Shown piece by piece: positions 12,433 to 25,035 of a stretch of DNA of 64,000 nucleotides (positions are counted from its first letter, which is position 1; each line of letters starts with the position of its first letter). The stretch covers positions 20,522,001-20,586,000 of the forward strand of contig NC_073407.1 of NCBI RefSeq assembly GCF_028641065.1, written 5' to 3'. The notes below the pieces were generated by a model. It was not told where the DNA came from, searched no databases, and saw nothing but the letters and a program-made list of their open reading frames with translations. This stretch comes from Leucoraja erinacea (lineage: Eukaryota). Both the position numbers and the translations under genes were made by a program.

Positions 12433-13284
12433 TCAAAAAGCCACGATCGCTCTAGTCCATGCCCCTAAACTGGCGAGCGCCTGTTTGCTGCACAATTGCC
12501 CGTTCTGTTTGACTTCTGACTGAAGCAACTGCTCCGAGTCCGCCCGGCTCACCAAGCCGGAGAAGCCCGAGCCGAAGATGGAGATAAGGTTGGATATGTT
12601 GGAAGGGTCCGTGCAGTCCAAGGTTTGACCGGCGCTAGAGTAGTCTTCGAACCGGACTCGCTTAACCGGCGAAGAAAAGTCTTCTGCTTCGTTTGGGTAA
12701 AAGCTACTGCTCGAGTCCGACTTGCGCTTCCTGCCGCCGGTAGTGCTAGCGCAACAACAGGCGCAGTCTTGGAGGTAGCCGTTGTCCACCGTGGTGACCG
12801 TGTGAGTGTCCAGATCCAGCACTGTGGTCTTGGTACAGTGGGTCCCACCAACGCCACCACCTCCCGACGGCTCATAGTTCGTGCCTGGGTACGAAGCCGA
12901 GCAAGAGAGCCGGTATAGAGGGTGCTCAGGTTCCGCGTCCTTACTGAGTTGAGTGTGCAGGTGGCCGGGCTGGTGGTCGAGCGGGCTGCAGACGTTCTCC
13001 CCTTGGCCGCTGTTTGTCTCCACCATCTCTTCCACCACTTCGAGCGGGTGATTGCCTTGGATCTCTCCCGAGATGTCTAACATGTCGTGTACCTCCTCGT
13101 ACTGGTGCATGCCGTAGATCTCGGCGTACTTCTCGCTCATGTAGACTTGCCGGGCGTTTCGGAGCACATAGGAGACCAGGAGGTTCTTGTGAAGCTTGAT
13201 GCCTCCTCTCTGAGTTCTCGAATTGTGGATTTTGCGGAGAGAGATTGTGATCAAGCTTTGTGCATTGACGGCACAATCCATCAT
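12433..13284 (-). CDS. IER5L: Immediate early response 5-like protein, intronless, about 283 aa
   Basis: N-terminal IER-family motif AQSLITISLRKIHNSRTQRGGIKLHKNLLVSYVLRNARQ, central TTVLDLDTHTVTTVDNGYL, and C-terminal SNISNLISIFGSGFSGLVSR...NGQLCSKQALASLGAWTRAIVAF as recalled for vertebrate IER5L. The ORF-track start at 13308 is a GTG; the first ATGs are at 13284 and 13281. Confidence 0.96.
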   Translation of the reverse strand: MMDCAVNAQSLITISLRKIHNSRTQRGGIKLHKNLLVSYVLRNARQVYMSEKYAEIYGMHQYEEVHDMLDISGEIQGNHPLEVVEEMVETNSGQGENVCSPLDHQPGHLHTQLSKDAEPEHPLYRLSCSASYPGTNYEPSGGGGVGGTHCTKTTVLDLDTHTVTTVDNGYLQDCACCCASTTGGRKRKSDSSSSFYPNEAEDFSSPVKRVRFEDYSSAGQTLDCTDPSNISNLISIFGSGFSGLVSRADSEQLLQSEVKQNGQLCSKQALASLGAWTRAIVAF

Positions 13285-13504
13285 GACCGACCGCCGTTGG
13301 TTCTCCACTCAATGAACAAGCCACTTTTTGTTAGTTGCCCCCACACACAAACAAAAATCCAGTCCTGTACTGGGGCGGGAGGGGAGCACTGCTCGGCAGA
13401 GAACCTTCGCCTTTTTCTGAGTGCCTGTGTGTGTGTATATGTTCCCAACCCACAATACGCCTTCCCTCTTCTTCCTGCACTGACACTGCGAGCAGTAAGA
13501 AGGT

Positions 13505-13625
13505 TTAGGGCATTTATATGGCATGAATGAGTCATTTGCAATTTCCCCTGGCCACTCAGACTGCAGAATCGTGAGCTGATAGACAGCATCACCACCCCGC
13601 CCCGTGTGCATCGAACCAATGGGAG
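13505..13625 (-). promoter_or_regulatory. IER5L proximal promoter
   Basis: TATAAA on minus at 13513-13518, AP-1 TGAGTCA at 13528-13534, GC box CCCCGCCCC at 13595-13603, CCAAT at 13616-13620; no upstream ATG between the TATA region and the start codon. Confidence 0.75.
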
Positions 13626-14479
13626 TGAGGCGGTTCCTCATTGCTGTTTAAATCCACTGTGAAAGCTGAACTGACACAGGCAAGGCTGGGGAAGGAAAAA
13701 AAAATCCTTTCTATAGCTACACTGCAACTCAGAGCACCAGCTCAGCAAGGAAAAGCTTCACTCCTAAATTAGTCCCGCAAATAGAATAACCAGCATTTAT
13801 CAGAACCCTTCATAACATTTGGCACTCATTACTTAAAGCCTCAAATTTAATTGGAAGAAAAAATATTTATTGTATTTTTTTCCAAATTTTATTAAAGTAC
13901 ACTTTTCTGTTCTCGTGTTAAATAATCAGAAATCATCTCCACAATTGGAAAATATTCAGAGAAGCTAGTTTGGGGAGGGATTTTGTTTCATTTTTAATTT
14001 TGTGCTTCCAGATTTTGTAACTTTGTAAGCACCCTTTATGGGCGACTACCTTGGCTATTCAAGCAAAGAATTTCACTGACTTGTCACATGTGACAATAAA
14101 GTATTCAATTCAATTCAAAGACATCTTAAGTAATATGTATAACGACATAGGTGATCATTTGTCTCAACTGGTCTATAGGGGACAATCGCATTGATATTAT
14201 GTGCAGTTTTGCAGGATGAACGTGGATGCTTTGGAGAAAGTGCAGAAGAGATTCACCAGAATGCTGCCTGGATTTGATGGTATGACCCATAAAGAGGTTG
14301 GACCAACTTGGATTTAAGAGTTTTTTTAATAAGCAAATGGATATGCAAGGAATTAAGGTGTTTAGTTCAAGTGTGGGCAGACATTTAATTTAATTTGTCA
14401 TTATGTTCAGCACAGGTATTGTCAGCCGAAGGGCGTTCTATGTTCTATTAGTCTAATTCTTCTTCTTCTCATCTCCCAA

Positions 14480-14765
14480 TCCCCTGCAATGGACTATTTC
14501 CCATGCAAGCCCATTAATCCATCAATTCTCCCTTGATTTTTTCTGCCCTTAACTTACACCAAATGGTAATTTACAGTTGCTAATTAACCTACCAGAATGT
14601 TTTTGGAGAGGGGGAGAGGGGGGAAAGAGGAAACCAGAGCACGTGAAAGAAATCCACATGAGCGCAGAGAGAACATGCAATTTCTGCACAGACAATACCT
14701 GAGGTCAGGATTGAACCTACGTCCCTGGAGCTGTGAAGTAGCAGCACCAATTGATGCACCATCAT
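14480..14765 (-). mobile_element. Degraded V-SINE
   Basis: Reverse-complement V-domain GAGGAAACCAGAGCACGTGAAAGAAATCCACATG...GAGAACATGCAA and tRNA-like head GGTCAGGATTGAACC...GAGCTGTGAAGTAGCAGC. Confidence 0.65.
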
Positions 14766-14962
14766 GCCTGAGCAATTATGGAACACTGGAGTAATTCATG
14801 GTGGAATGGTGGAGAGAATAAAATGTCAGTTATTCAAGAAATTGTACCTCTTGAATACCCTCTGATGAATGCAGGTCGGGAGGAGGTACTCGAAATGAAG
14901 GGGAATGAGCTATGAAGATATTTGGAAACCCGAATATTAATTTAAAAATGGAATAATTGCTT

Positions 14963-16054
14963 TTCATCGATTACAGCTCAGCATTCAACACCATTATTCC
15001 ATCAAAACTGATCACCAAACTCGGTAACCTGGGCATCGACCCCTCCCTCTGCAACTGGATACTGGACTTTCTAACCAACAGACCCCAGTCTGTGAGGTTA
15101 GACAAGCACACCTCTTCAACCCTCACCCTGAACACCGGCGTTCCTCAGGGCTGTGTGCTGAGCCCCCTCCTCTACTCCCTCTTCACCTATGACTGCACAC
15201 CTGTACATGGTACTAACACCATCATCAAGTATGCAGATGATACAACGGTGATTGGCCTCATCAGCAACAACGATGAGCTGGCCTACAGGGAGGAGGTCCA
15301 GCACTTAGCAGCATGGTGCGCTGACAACAACCTGGCCCTTAACTCCAAGAAGACCAAGGAGCTCATTGTAGACTTCAGGAAGTCCAGAGGCGGCACGCAC
15401 ACCCCATCCATTGTTTCTAGCTTCAGGTTCCTGGGAGTCAACATCTCCGATGACCTCTCTTGGACCCACAATACCTCTACTCTGATCAAGAAGGCTCATC
15501 AGCGTCTCTTCTTCCTGAGGAGACTGAAGAAGGTCCATCTGTCTCCTCAGATCCTGCTGAACTTCTACCGCTGCACCATCGAGAGCATCCTTACCAACTG
15601 CATCACAGTATGGTATGGCAACTGCTCTGTCTCTGACCGGAAGGCATTGCAGAGAGTGGTGAAAATTGCCCAACGCATCACCGGTTCCACGCTCCCCTCC
15701 ATTGAGTCTGTCCAAAGCAAGCGCTGTCTGCGGAGGGCGCTCAGCATCGCCAAGGACTGCTCTCACCCCAACCATGGACTGTTTACCCTCCTACACCATC
15801 CGGGAGGCGTTACAGGTCTCTCCGTTGCCGAACCAGCAGGTCGAGGAACAGCTTCTTTCCGGCGGCTGTCACTCTACTAAACAACGTACCTCGGTGACTG
15901 CCAATCACCACCCCCCCCCCCGACACTTATTATTTTTTTTATTCAAATTGTTTGCTATGTCGCTCTTCAAAGGAGATGCTGAATGCATTTCGTTGTCTCT
16001 GTACTGTACACTGACAATGACAATTAAAATTGAATCTGAATCTGAATCTGAATC
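14963..16054 (+). mobile_element. Young 5'-truncated Rex1/Babar LINE (RT fragment)
   Basis: ORF 14957-15880 with [24 protein letters not shown] and YADD motifs; small internal deletion and a frameshift near 15790; (GAATCT)n tail; TSD TAATTGCTT at 14954-14962 and 16055-16063. Confidence 0.95.
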
Positions 16055-17107
16055 TAATTGCTTAACTAAGCAATGTTTTCTAGGACATGGGAACCATAAT
16101 AATCTCAAGTTATGAAGGAGATAATGTACAAGGCTAAGCAGGAATATGCAAGAATAGTCAAGACTAAAGTGAAGATAAGCAGACGAGAAGCTTTCAAGAA
16201 CAGATGAGCTGAGGCAAGGATAGAGGCAGCGATGTCAGATGTGGAAATGGTCGGTTTTTAATAATAGTCAGGGTATGTGAACCAATGTTCACCTCAGGGC
16301 AAACAAGACACTAAGGTTTGCAACTTCAGCTAGCTTGTTAAACTTCAGATAGTTGCCAGGAAATTGGCTGGAATCAGTAGTTTGGTAATAGAAATAGTGA
16401 TAGGATGAAAGGATATCTCTGCACAATGAGTGTTGAATGCACCAGTCAGATAATGTTGGGTCAAACAAAGTGGTGGTGTAGTAGAACTGGACGTCAGCAA
16501 ACTTTGTCTTCAAATGATATTGATTGGCAATAGCATTGAATGGGAAATAGGAGGAGGATTAAGGATGTATTCTTTAAGAGTTACCAGGGGTAATAGCATG
16601 GATAATGGGAGAGAAGCCATTGTAGGTGAGTATCTGTCTTTGACTTTGCCCAGGCATTTCCCTGAGATCAGCTGGATAACCAGCAAGAGGCATTCAAGAA
16701 GGACAACATGGCCAATCATGTCAAGGGCAGAACAGAGGTCAGGATGGAAGAGAAGAAATATATAACTTTTATCACAATCACACTGGATGTCCCCAGTGAG
16801 TTGATCAGCTGTTTCAAAACTAATGGTGGTTGAAAACCCAGGTAGAAAGACACAGAATCACAGAATCAGTATGGTACGGAAAGATTTCCATGGCATTTGT
16901 ACTGGCTTTATTAAGAACTATCCAGCTATTGTCACTTCATTGTACCTCTCCATGTAGCCTTGCAGTTTTATTTTTTATTTCAGATTCTTATGCAGCTTCC
17001 TTTGAATACTACAATTAAATTTCCCTCCCTACCACCAAAGATAAGGCATGTAAAAAAGTTCTAGATCAGTGATTAGTAATTCTTTCAAATATCACTCTCC
17101 TATCTTT

Positions 17108-17183
17108 CTCTTGCAAATGAAACATAAACCAAAGGAATAGTTAGATCTCAAGCCAGGTGTTGAGCAGCCGGGTTGTTGTCTCC
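17108..17183 (-). mobile_element. Short 3' fragment of the Vingi/RTEX-like LINE seen at 33973-34200
   Basis: AAACCAAAGGAATAGTTAGATCTCAAGCCAGGTGTTGAGCAGCC is shared with the copy at about 33995-34040. Confidence 0.65.
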
Positions 17184-17461
17184 TACGAGCTGAGCTTCAA
17201 TGTGCCCTGGAGCATGTGGACAACACTGAACAGGATAAGGCTCGTTGTGCACCGAGATAACTGATGATGCACCTTAGAACTTCACCTGTATAAACCAGAG
17301 GGAGCCTTGATCAAAACAGGGGCAAATAATAATATCCTGCCCCAACACAAGACAAAATCACTAGTTACGCTTGCTTTCTAGTAGAACATTAGGCTGATTA
17401 GTGGAATTGAGTTTAAAATGATAATGACAGATTCTACACATAATTATATAAAAAAAAGATC

Positions 17462-18040
17462 CATAGATACATAGACAATAGGTGCAGGGGTAGGGCATTC
17501 GGCCCTTCGTGCCGGCACCGCCATTCAATGTGATCATAGCTGATCATCCACAATCAGTACCCCGTTCCTGCCGATTCTCCCCATACCCCTTGATTCCGCT
17601 GGCCCTGAGCTTTATCTAACTCTCTTTTGCATGCATCCAGTGAATCGCTACTCTTTGTTTCCTGTCTGCCAACCAATTTTCTATCCATGTCAATACCAAT
17701 ACTATGTGCTCTAATTTTGCCCACTAATCTTCTGTGTGGGATCTTATCAAAGGCTTTCTGAAAGTCCAGTTACACTACATCTATTGGCTCTCCCTTGTCC
17801 ATTTTACTTGTTACATCCCCAAAAAATTCCAGAAGATTTGTCAAGCTTGATTTCCCCTTCGTAAATCCATGCTGACTTGGACCGATCCTGTTCCTGCTAT
17901 CCAAATGCGCCGCAATTGCATCTTTGATAATCGACTCCAGCATCTTCCCCACCATGGATGTCAGGCTAACTGGTCTATAATTCCCTGCTTTCTCTCTCCC
18001 TCCTTTCTTGAAAAGTGGGATAACATTAGCTACCCTCCAA
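17462..18040 (-). mobile_element. CR1/HER1 fragment with an internal deletion joining RT region to 3' UTR
   Basis: 3' UTR at 17462-17645; ORF 17770-17955 SQHGFTKGKSSLTNLLEFF...DKGEPIDVV is a CR1 RT motif. Confidence 0.9.
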
Positions 18041-18564
18041 TATTATTTGTATCCTGTAATATGAAAGGAAGACTACGCAACAATGCTACTGGGCAGCCTT
18101 GGTCCAAAATATAGATAGGGAGCTGAATTACAGAGGAGAGGAAGAAGTCTCTGTCCTCGAGGCAGCATTTGACTGAGTAAGATATCAAGAAGCCCAAATT
18201 AAAATTGAACTAATTTAATTGGGAAAGAAAGTCTCAAATGACTGGATTTATGGCACAATGGGAAATGAATATGGTTGATGGAAATCAATCATTTCAACCC
18301 CAGATCATCTCAACTCAAGAACATTGCTCCAGGAGTCCCTTAACACAGATCTTATTCCAACCACTTTTTGCTACTTCATGAATGATCTTTTTGCTATGAA
18401 AAATGATAGGGGTGTTTGCTAATAGTTGCAGAGTTTGGTTCCTCTCTCAACTGTTCACATAATGAATCAACCTGAGTCTGCTTATAGCAAGACCTGAATA
18501 ACATTCAGGCACGGGCTGGGAAGCAGCACATTATCTTTGTGGAGCATAAATGCCATGCAATGAC

Positions 18565-18750
18565 ACTGGAAAATACTGGAAGTACACTGCGGGTCGGGCA
18601 GCATCCTGTGGAAAGAGAAATAATTAATGCTTCAGGTTCAGAACCCTTCATCTGATGAAAGGTTCGCGACTTAAAAAGTTAACTGGTTCTCTTTCCACAG
18701 ATGCTGCTGGACGTTCTGAGTGTTTCCTGCATTTTCTGTTTTTATTTACA
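18565..18750. mobile_element. Old palindromic Penelope-derived element
   Basis: CAGCATCCTGTGGAAAGAGAA / TTCTCTTTCCACAGATGCTG arms around the central AACCCTTCATCTGATGAAAGGTT. Confidence 0.65.
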
Positions 18751-20988
18751 TTTTTCATTAGTTAGCCAATCCATTATCCATATTCTTATACATTTTACAT
18801 AAGCCTAAGTCCTCATATCCTGTATACATTTTATGTTTTACAATATGAAATGCCTTTTGGAAATGAAAATATACTGTATTTACTAGCTTCCATTTCTCAT
18901 TTCATTTCCCATTCCTCATTTCATCCTCAAAGAATTCCAATAACATTGACAAACATGATATTCCTTTTACAAAACCACTCTGGTTTTGCTACAACTCCCT
19001 TCATAATGGATTCATCTCCTACCTCCCTAAACCACCTATAAAGCACAAGCTAGGAGTGCGATGGAATGATTTCCTCTTGCCTGATAAAGTGCAGCTGCAA
19101 TAACACTCAAGAAGCTTGACACCATCCAAAACAAAGTAGCTCACTTGATGCACTGCCTCTACCACGAGCACACTCTGGACGCAGCACATCATCCATGTAA
19201 TGCAGTGGAATAACTTACCAAGGATTCTTTAGCATCAATTCCCTTAGAAAGTCAAGGGCAACAGGTATATAGCAGCTATGGATTCTGAAATGAAGGAAAA
19301 CAGACAAACTCTGAATCAGAAGGAATTCGAGTAATGTTCTTATGGAGTGAATTGTTGAGTGGCTGTAATATCCAAATCAAGCACAAATGGAAACTCATCC
19401 TATTAATTGTAAACATGTCTCATTGCATCATTTCTTAAGCTAGGATGTAATCCTGATATTGCAACCTAGCTCATTGTGGATTTTGTACTTCTTTTTAATC
19501 TGTACTTTCTTTGTAATTGTATCTTTGTCCCTGGAATAGTAACACCATAACACTGCATTCTGGTATTTTCCTTTTTGCATTTCCTGTGTATGGTTTGATT
19601 GTATTAATGTATGGTATGGTTCAACTGGACAACACACAATGTTGTTCACTGTATCTCAGAATACACAATAATCAACCAAACCAAACATCTCTGTACTTTA
19701 TTTGTTTAAGGGTATGAATCAGTGTGTAACTCTCTATGTGTAATGGCAAATTTCCAACTTATCCAGTGACCTCTTTCCCAGTTGCAATAACTACACAGGT
19801 AAGTAGGAGTGATCTTACGCAGACCTAATAGAACAGATCTTCCAGTCGTTATTTCCAGTTTCATTGGTTGTTTATTGAAGTAGTTGTACAAACAAAGAGA
19901 TGAACGTACCAGGTATTCCTTATACTGCATGCAAGTTGTAGCTGGCTGTTCTGTCCCTGGTCTGGTGAGAACTGTATGCTCTCCCTCCCTGTGTCTGTCA
20001 CTTCCTGTCCCCTATGTCCATATATTTACACCACTCTGTGCATCTAATGACCGCCCCCCAAGTGTCCAAGATATATCTAGACAAAATAATATAATATGCT
20101 AACAGCAGCTAGCCTCAACATAAATGGCTCCCACAGTATGTTTGCACCCGTTAGCAAAGACTGGATCATGTTCTGCTGTGCACAACTGAACAATTGATGA
20201 AGACTCATTGTCAAGTTCCATCATTCACAGCACCCGAAGAGGGAACATGGAGATGATATGCAGGGTTATCTTAATCTGCCTCAGTTCACAATCTTTGCTG
20301 CATGGTTGAATTTACAAACATTTCAAACTGCAGGAGGAGCTATTCAATTGATCACCCAGTGGGCTTCTGGCAGCTCTTACTGAATGGTTGGGAGTAGGTT
20401 CCTTGCAAATTTTCTCTTGAGGTTGACCAACAGTCCAAGAAGACAGAAGGGAAAGGAAGGGAATTTGTGCATAACCTGGCTGCCATGTTTCCCACAATGG
20501 TGGCTACAATTCAACGGTACCTTATTGTTGTAAAATGCACTGAAAAGTCTTGACCAATGTCCTTGGAGCTCTGAGCTGTGGAAACGATCCAATTCATTTT
20601 TAGGTCCTTTTGGTAATGCTTTATTATGGATAAATATTAATTCTTAGTTAAGTAAACCATTAATTGCTATGCTCTTTTGGGGTTTTTTAATTTGGTTATT
20701 CTCCTTGTGCATTAAGAAAAACCTAATATATTCTGTGGTTTACTATACAATTGAAGATAAGTACATCATTGACAGGCTATGTCCTTCCTGTATCCCCTTT
20801 TCCAAAGAAAACAAGTTAGAACAACAACAACTTGATTTTAAATACAATTTCTAATATAATGAAATATTTTAAGCCTCTTTATAGGAGTTGTGTGTGTACA
20901 GGAATTTAAAATGTTAAACATTTGTAAGAGCAAATGTTTCTGTACATTTTCGAATGGTTATTTGGCAGGGTGGGGTAGGGTATCTCTG

Positions 20989-21134
20989 CTTGATAATGTT
21001 TTATTATTAATGTTTAATGTTTTATGTGTCATTCCTAACTGTTACTGTATGTCATGTTGTCACTTGCGGGCAGAGCACCAAGGCAAATTCCCTGTATGTG
21101 AATACTTGGCCAATAAACTTAATCATTCATTCAT
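20989..21134 (+). mobile_element. LINE 3' tail fragment (Rex1/L2-type)
   Basis: CAAATTCCCTGTATGTGAATACTTGGCCAATAAAC followed by (CATT)n. Confidence 0.55.
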
Positions 21135-21620
21135 ACCCCTCCTTCACACATCCTGGCGTCAAACAGTTTCTGGGATAGAAATGGAGGTTAAGAAATAAGG
21201 TTTGGGGTAGAATAAATTATTTCAGTCTTCCTTAAATTTAGTATTTTATTTTTGTGGGAAACTTTAACCCAGTTGGACATTCAATAAGTAGTGTAACATA
21301 TTTAAGATAATGCAGAGATGTGATGACCAGATTACTGTGAATACCTGGAAAACATGTAGATGAGAAATAGATAGAGACCTCAGATAAAATAATCAGTAAA
21401 GATTTTGATAGGGTTTGCTCTTTTTTTTGCTGTGAAAATGGAGCATTCACGGTGAACTGACTTAAATTTAAGAAAGGGTAAACAGAAGTGACCATGCAAT
21501 ATTCCTAAACTGAAAAGTTTATATACAATAGGGAATCACTTAACATAAAGAAGTTAGTTGAAAAATGTTTCAAGCAAAGATTTTCATCTAAAGTTTAAAC
21601 AACTTGTGGAATATGTTAAC

Positions 21621-21857
21621 AGGGGAGTGGTGAATCTGTGGAATTCTCTGCCACAGAAGGTAGTTGAGGCCAGTTCATTGGCTATATTTAAGAGGCAGTT
21701 AGTTGTGGCCCTTGTGGCTAAGGGGATCAGGGGGTATGGAGAGAAGGCAGGTACGGGATACTGAGTTGGATGATCAGCCATGATCATATTGAATGGCAGT
21801 GCAGGCTCGAAGGGCCGAATGGCCTACTCCTGCACCTAATTTCTATGTTTCTATGTT
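21621..21857 (+). mobile_element. CR1/HER1 3' end (subfamily B)
   Basis: RVVNLWNSLPQKVVEA...GIRGYGEKAGTGY stop, 3' UTR and TTTCTATG tail. Confidence 0.92.
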
Positions 21858-22244
21858 TATCACAACAGGCAGTTTAAAAGCATTATAGATGTAACTGAGT
21901 TGAGAGAGAAAGGATTGAGAGATATTTTGAGAAGATGAAAAGGTTTATCAACCTTTTTTTTTCTTAAAATATCTTATGATCCTTAACTCAAAACATAACA
22001 TTTTGAATTGATTCTTAATTGTTTTAAAGAATGTTGACAAAATTAGCTGAAGTATAGCAGAAGTTAGCTCATGTGGAGTATATCTCTAGTTTTCGTGTTG
22101 AAAATATCAATGTAATTTCTTTACATGGCATTTTTGCACTTCGCTGAAGCAATCAAATAAGATTGTTTAGCATCTTTCTCATTTGTGGCGGTTTGCAAAA
22201 TTTTCATCTGCATATCGTGTTTGTTCCAAGCTGTGATCTTAGTC

Positions 22245-23200
22245 AAAGAATCCCCAACAGACCCAATCCTGTGCGAACTGGCATCAAGCAGGGCTGCATC
22301 ATTATTCCAAAACCTTTCTCAATCTTACTTGCTGCAATGCTGTAAGCTACCTCAAGCTTCTGGCTGGAGTGGAACTAATTTACTGGACAAATGGGAAATG
22401 TTCATCCCTTGTTGCCTCCACTCCAATACCAAGGTCACCTCAACCTCGCCCGTAAGTTGTATCACCTAGATCACACTTGCTCATGTGCACCTTCTAAGAA
22501 GAAGCTCCAATTTGATGACTCTTTTACTGCAGCACGAGAGAACATGGACTTCACACTTTTCATCCATAAAATAAACATTGCCTTTAGACAGTAGATAATC
22601 CATAATGAGATCCTGGGAAAGATGGGCTACCTCTTATATCTGTAAAGACTCCTCACAATCAAGGTAGACACTGATTATGAAATTTACCAATGGGAGACTG
22701 AGGAATAAAGTGTTGAACCTCCAAACTGATATAAAGTGGGGAACACGGACCCCTCTCCTGCTGTATACTTCTGAGACGTGGATTCATTCCATCAGGCACC
22801 TCAAAGCACTGGAGAGACACCACCAAACAAACACAAAGTGTAGGACTAACTCAGCGGGCCAGGCAGCATTTCTGGAGAAGATTGATAGGTGATGTTTTGG
22901 GTCGGGCCCTTCTTCAAACTGATTGTAGGGGAGGGAGTGTGAAGAAAGCTGGGAGAGAGGAGAGGCAGAACAATGCATGGTTGCTATGGGCACTTGCATC
23001 GGCTCCAGCTATGCCCACCTTTTCGTCGGTTATGTCGAACAGTCCTTGTCTCAGGCATACATTGGCAACTTCCCCAACTCTTTGTGTCCTTTTGTGTCAA
23101 GCAGCATCTGCAGTTCTTTGTTTCCACACAGAGATACCACCAATGGTATCAGAGATACCACCAATGGTATCTCTGCAAAATCATCCAAATACACTGGTAG
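22245..23200 (+). mobile_element. Old RTE (BovB-like) LINE remnant interrupted by a Penelope element
   Basis: GIKQGCIIIPKPFSILLAAML (RT), LLYTSETW...HLKALERHHQ, continuing as RYHQWYLCKIIQIHW after the insertion. Confidence 0.7.
22827..23128. mobile_element. Rearranged Penelope-like element with RT fragment
   Basis: Inverted terminal arm, then VAMGTCIGSSYAHLFVGYVEQSL (PLE RT motif), then CAGCATCTGCAGTTC tail; flanked by AGAGA(C/T)ACCACCAA. Confidence 0.75.
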
Positions 23201-24714
23201 AATAAGCAAATCAGTGGAATTAATTGGGTAGTTCCTTCAAAGTGACACCAGTGACATTTTGAGGCCCAAAACTCAATTGGTTCCCATGAGCCCCATTGTT
23301 TGCCTGATCCCGTATTCTTGAAGCCGATAACCTATTCTGAATATTGTCACGGCAAGAGAATTACCTGAGTACAAATGTTACATTTTAAGGATTATTTAAA
23401 GCTTCCTTGAAAAAGTGTATTATCCCCACCGACTTGTGGGAATCTTTAGCCCATGGCCACTTAACATAAAGGGCATTTGGAAACACATTAAGACCATAAA
23501 GACCACATGTTAAGACCACTCAGAAATTCGGTGGGGATGGTGCAAGGAGTCCACCCATTCTCAAACCACCTGCATACTTCCTGTCACCTACTTCACCTGC
23601 GGCAGTGATTAAGGATTCGACATTGGTTAGGAACCGCAGTGCAAGGAAGTCATCCTTAATTCTGAAGGACTGCGAAGAAGAAGAATTTCTGCACTCAGTC
23701 AGTGCTATCAACATCCTTTTGAAGCTATGCAGCCCTCTGCAAATAATAATGCAAATCTGACCCAGTTAAGAATTGCTTCTCACCGCTCATGATAGGCATT
23801 CTCGTTACTACTCAGTCTGCCTGATAACAACTTAATGTGAATAAGATGCACATAATGAGTGAATAATAATCAGATATATTTCCTTTTTCCTTTTTTTACT
23901 CATGTATACCATCATGTGTTCACCTTTAACATTTACCATACCTGGCTCATAACTTGTTAGTAATCTGTGTTGAACTGAAATGCAGCTCCATCAATTCGCT
24001 TGGGCTCTTTGAATGCCGTTCGTTAGTCTCTGGGCTCCCAATCTCCCGATTGTGCCGATATATCTTACTGTGCATTACATGTGCAGTGAAAATTTCTTCT
24101 GCGGATTGTTACTTCCTCGCTGTAAATCAAACATTTTTCTTCATGAATATTTCAGATTCCTGAACTTTTTGATGTTTTTTCTTCTAAAAATATTTTTATT
24201 CCCTTCACATTTTCACCTCCCCCATCCCTAACAACAGCCATCTTTCCTTGAGCTGGTAAATTATGCTTGAGTATGATTTCCGAGGGGCTTCTGTGACCTT
24301 TGGAGGCCTGTCCAAGTGGCCATTTGGTATTGCAGTATCATGGAATTGTATAGCACACTGGGAGACAATTTGGACCGTTGTGCTTGTACTGGTTCTTTGA
24401 AGGAACTACCCAATTAATTCCAATTCCCTCTCTCTTGCCCCGCAAATGACTTTCTGAGCACTTATCCCATTCTCATTTGAAAGATATGTTTGAATCAGCT
24501 ACTACACCCTTTCAAACAATAAATCATGGATCATGATAATTTGTTGACTGAAATGATCTTATTAACTTAAACTATGTCATGCTCAGCCACACCATTACAA
24601 GGGGGAATAGTATCTCAATAATTCGATCAATATTCCCTATAATTTCCAAATTTTCTATCCAATACTATGTTGTCTGGTGTCCTAATTTCACACTCTCCAT
24701 AAACTTTAACGTAG

Positions 24715-25035
24715 AAAGCTCCGTAGCTTGTACTCTAATTTGCATCAATTCCCATTCCCCCCTCACCCCTGTGTTTATTGATCTACATTGGTTGTCAATG
24801 CTTTGAGTTTTAAATTCTTATCTTAATTTCAAATCACTCCATGTCGTTTGCCAATCCCTTTCTCTGTAACTTCCTCCAGCCCCATAATCTTTTGAGATGT
24901 ACCTCCCATGAATTTCCTTATTATTTCATTTGAAAGCATTTTCTTCAACTGCCCAGGTCCTAAGCTCTATATATCCCTGCCACCTCCACCATGCCATGTG
25001 TCTTTCTACTATTCTCTCCTTTGTTAAGGTCCTAA
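24715..25035 (+). mobile_element. Old L2 LINE remnant
   Basis: CTCACCCCTGTGTTTATTGATCTACATTGG...TTTAAATTCTT...CTCTGTAACTTCCTCCAGCCC resembles the L2 C-terminal coding region. Confidence 0.55.

Noticed and set aside
13285-13308. 8-aa N-terminal extension of IER5L in the ORF track
   Set aside because: Starts at GTG; similarity to known IER5L begins at the ATG pair 13284/13281.
13510-13521. CArG/SRF box in the IER5L promoter
   Set aside because: CCATATAAAT does not fit CC(A/T)6GG; better read as a TATA box.
12549-13641. Overlapping and antisense ORFs over IER5L
   Set aside because: Expected in GC-rich, stop-poor sequence; no recognisable domains.
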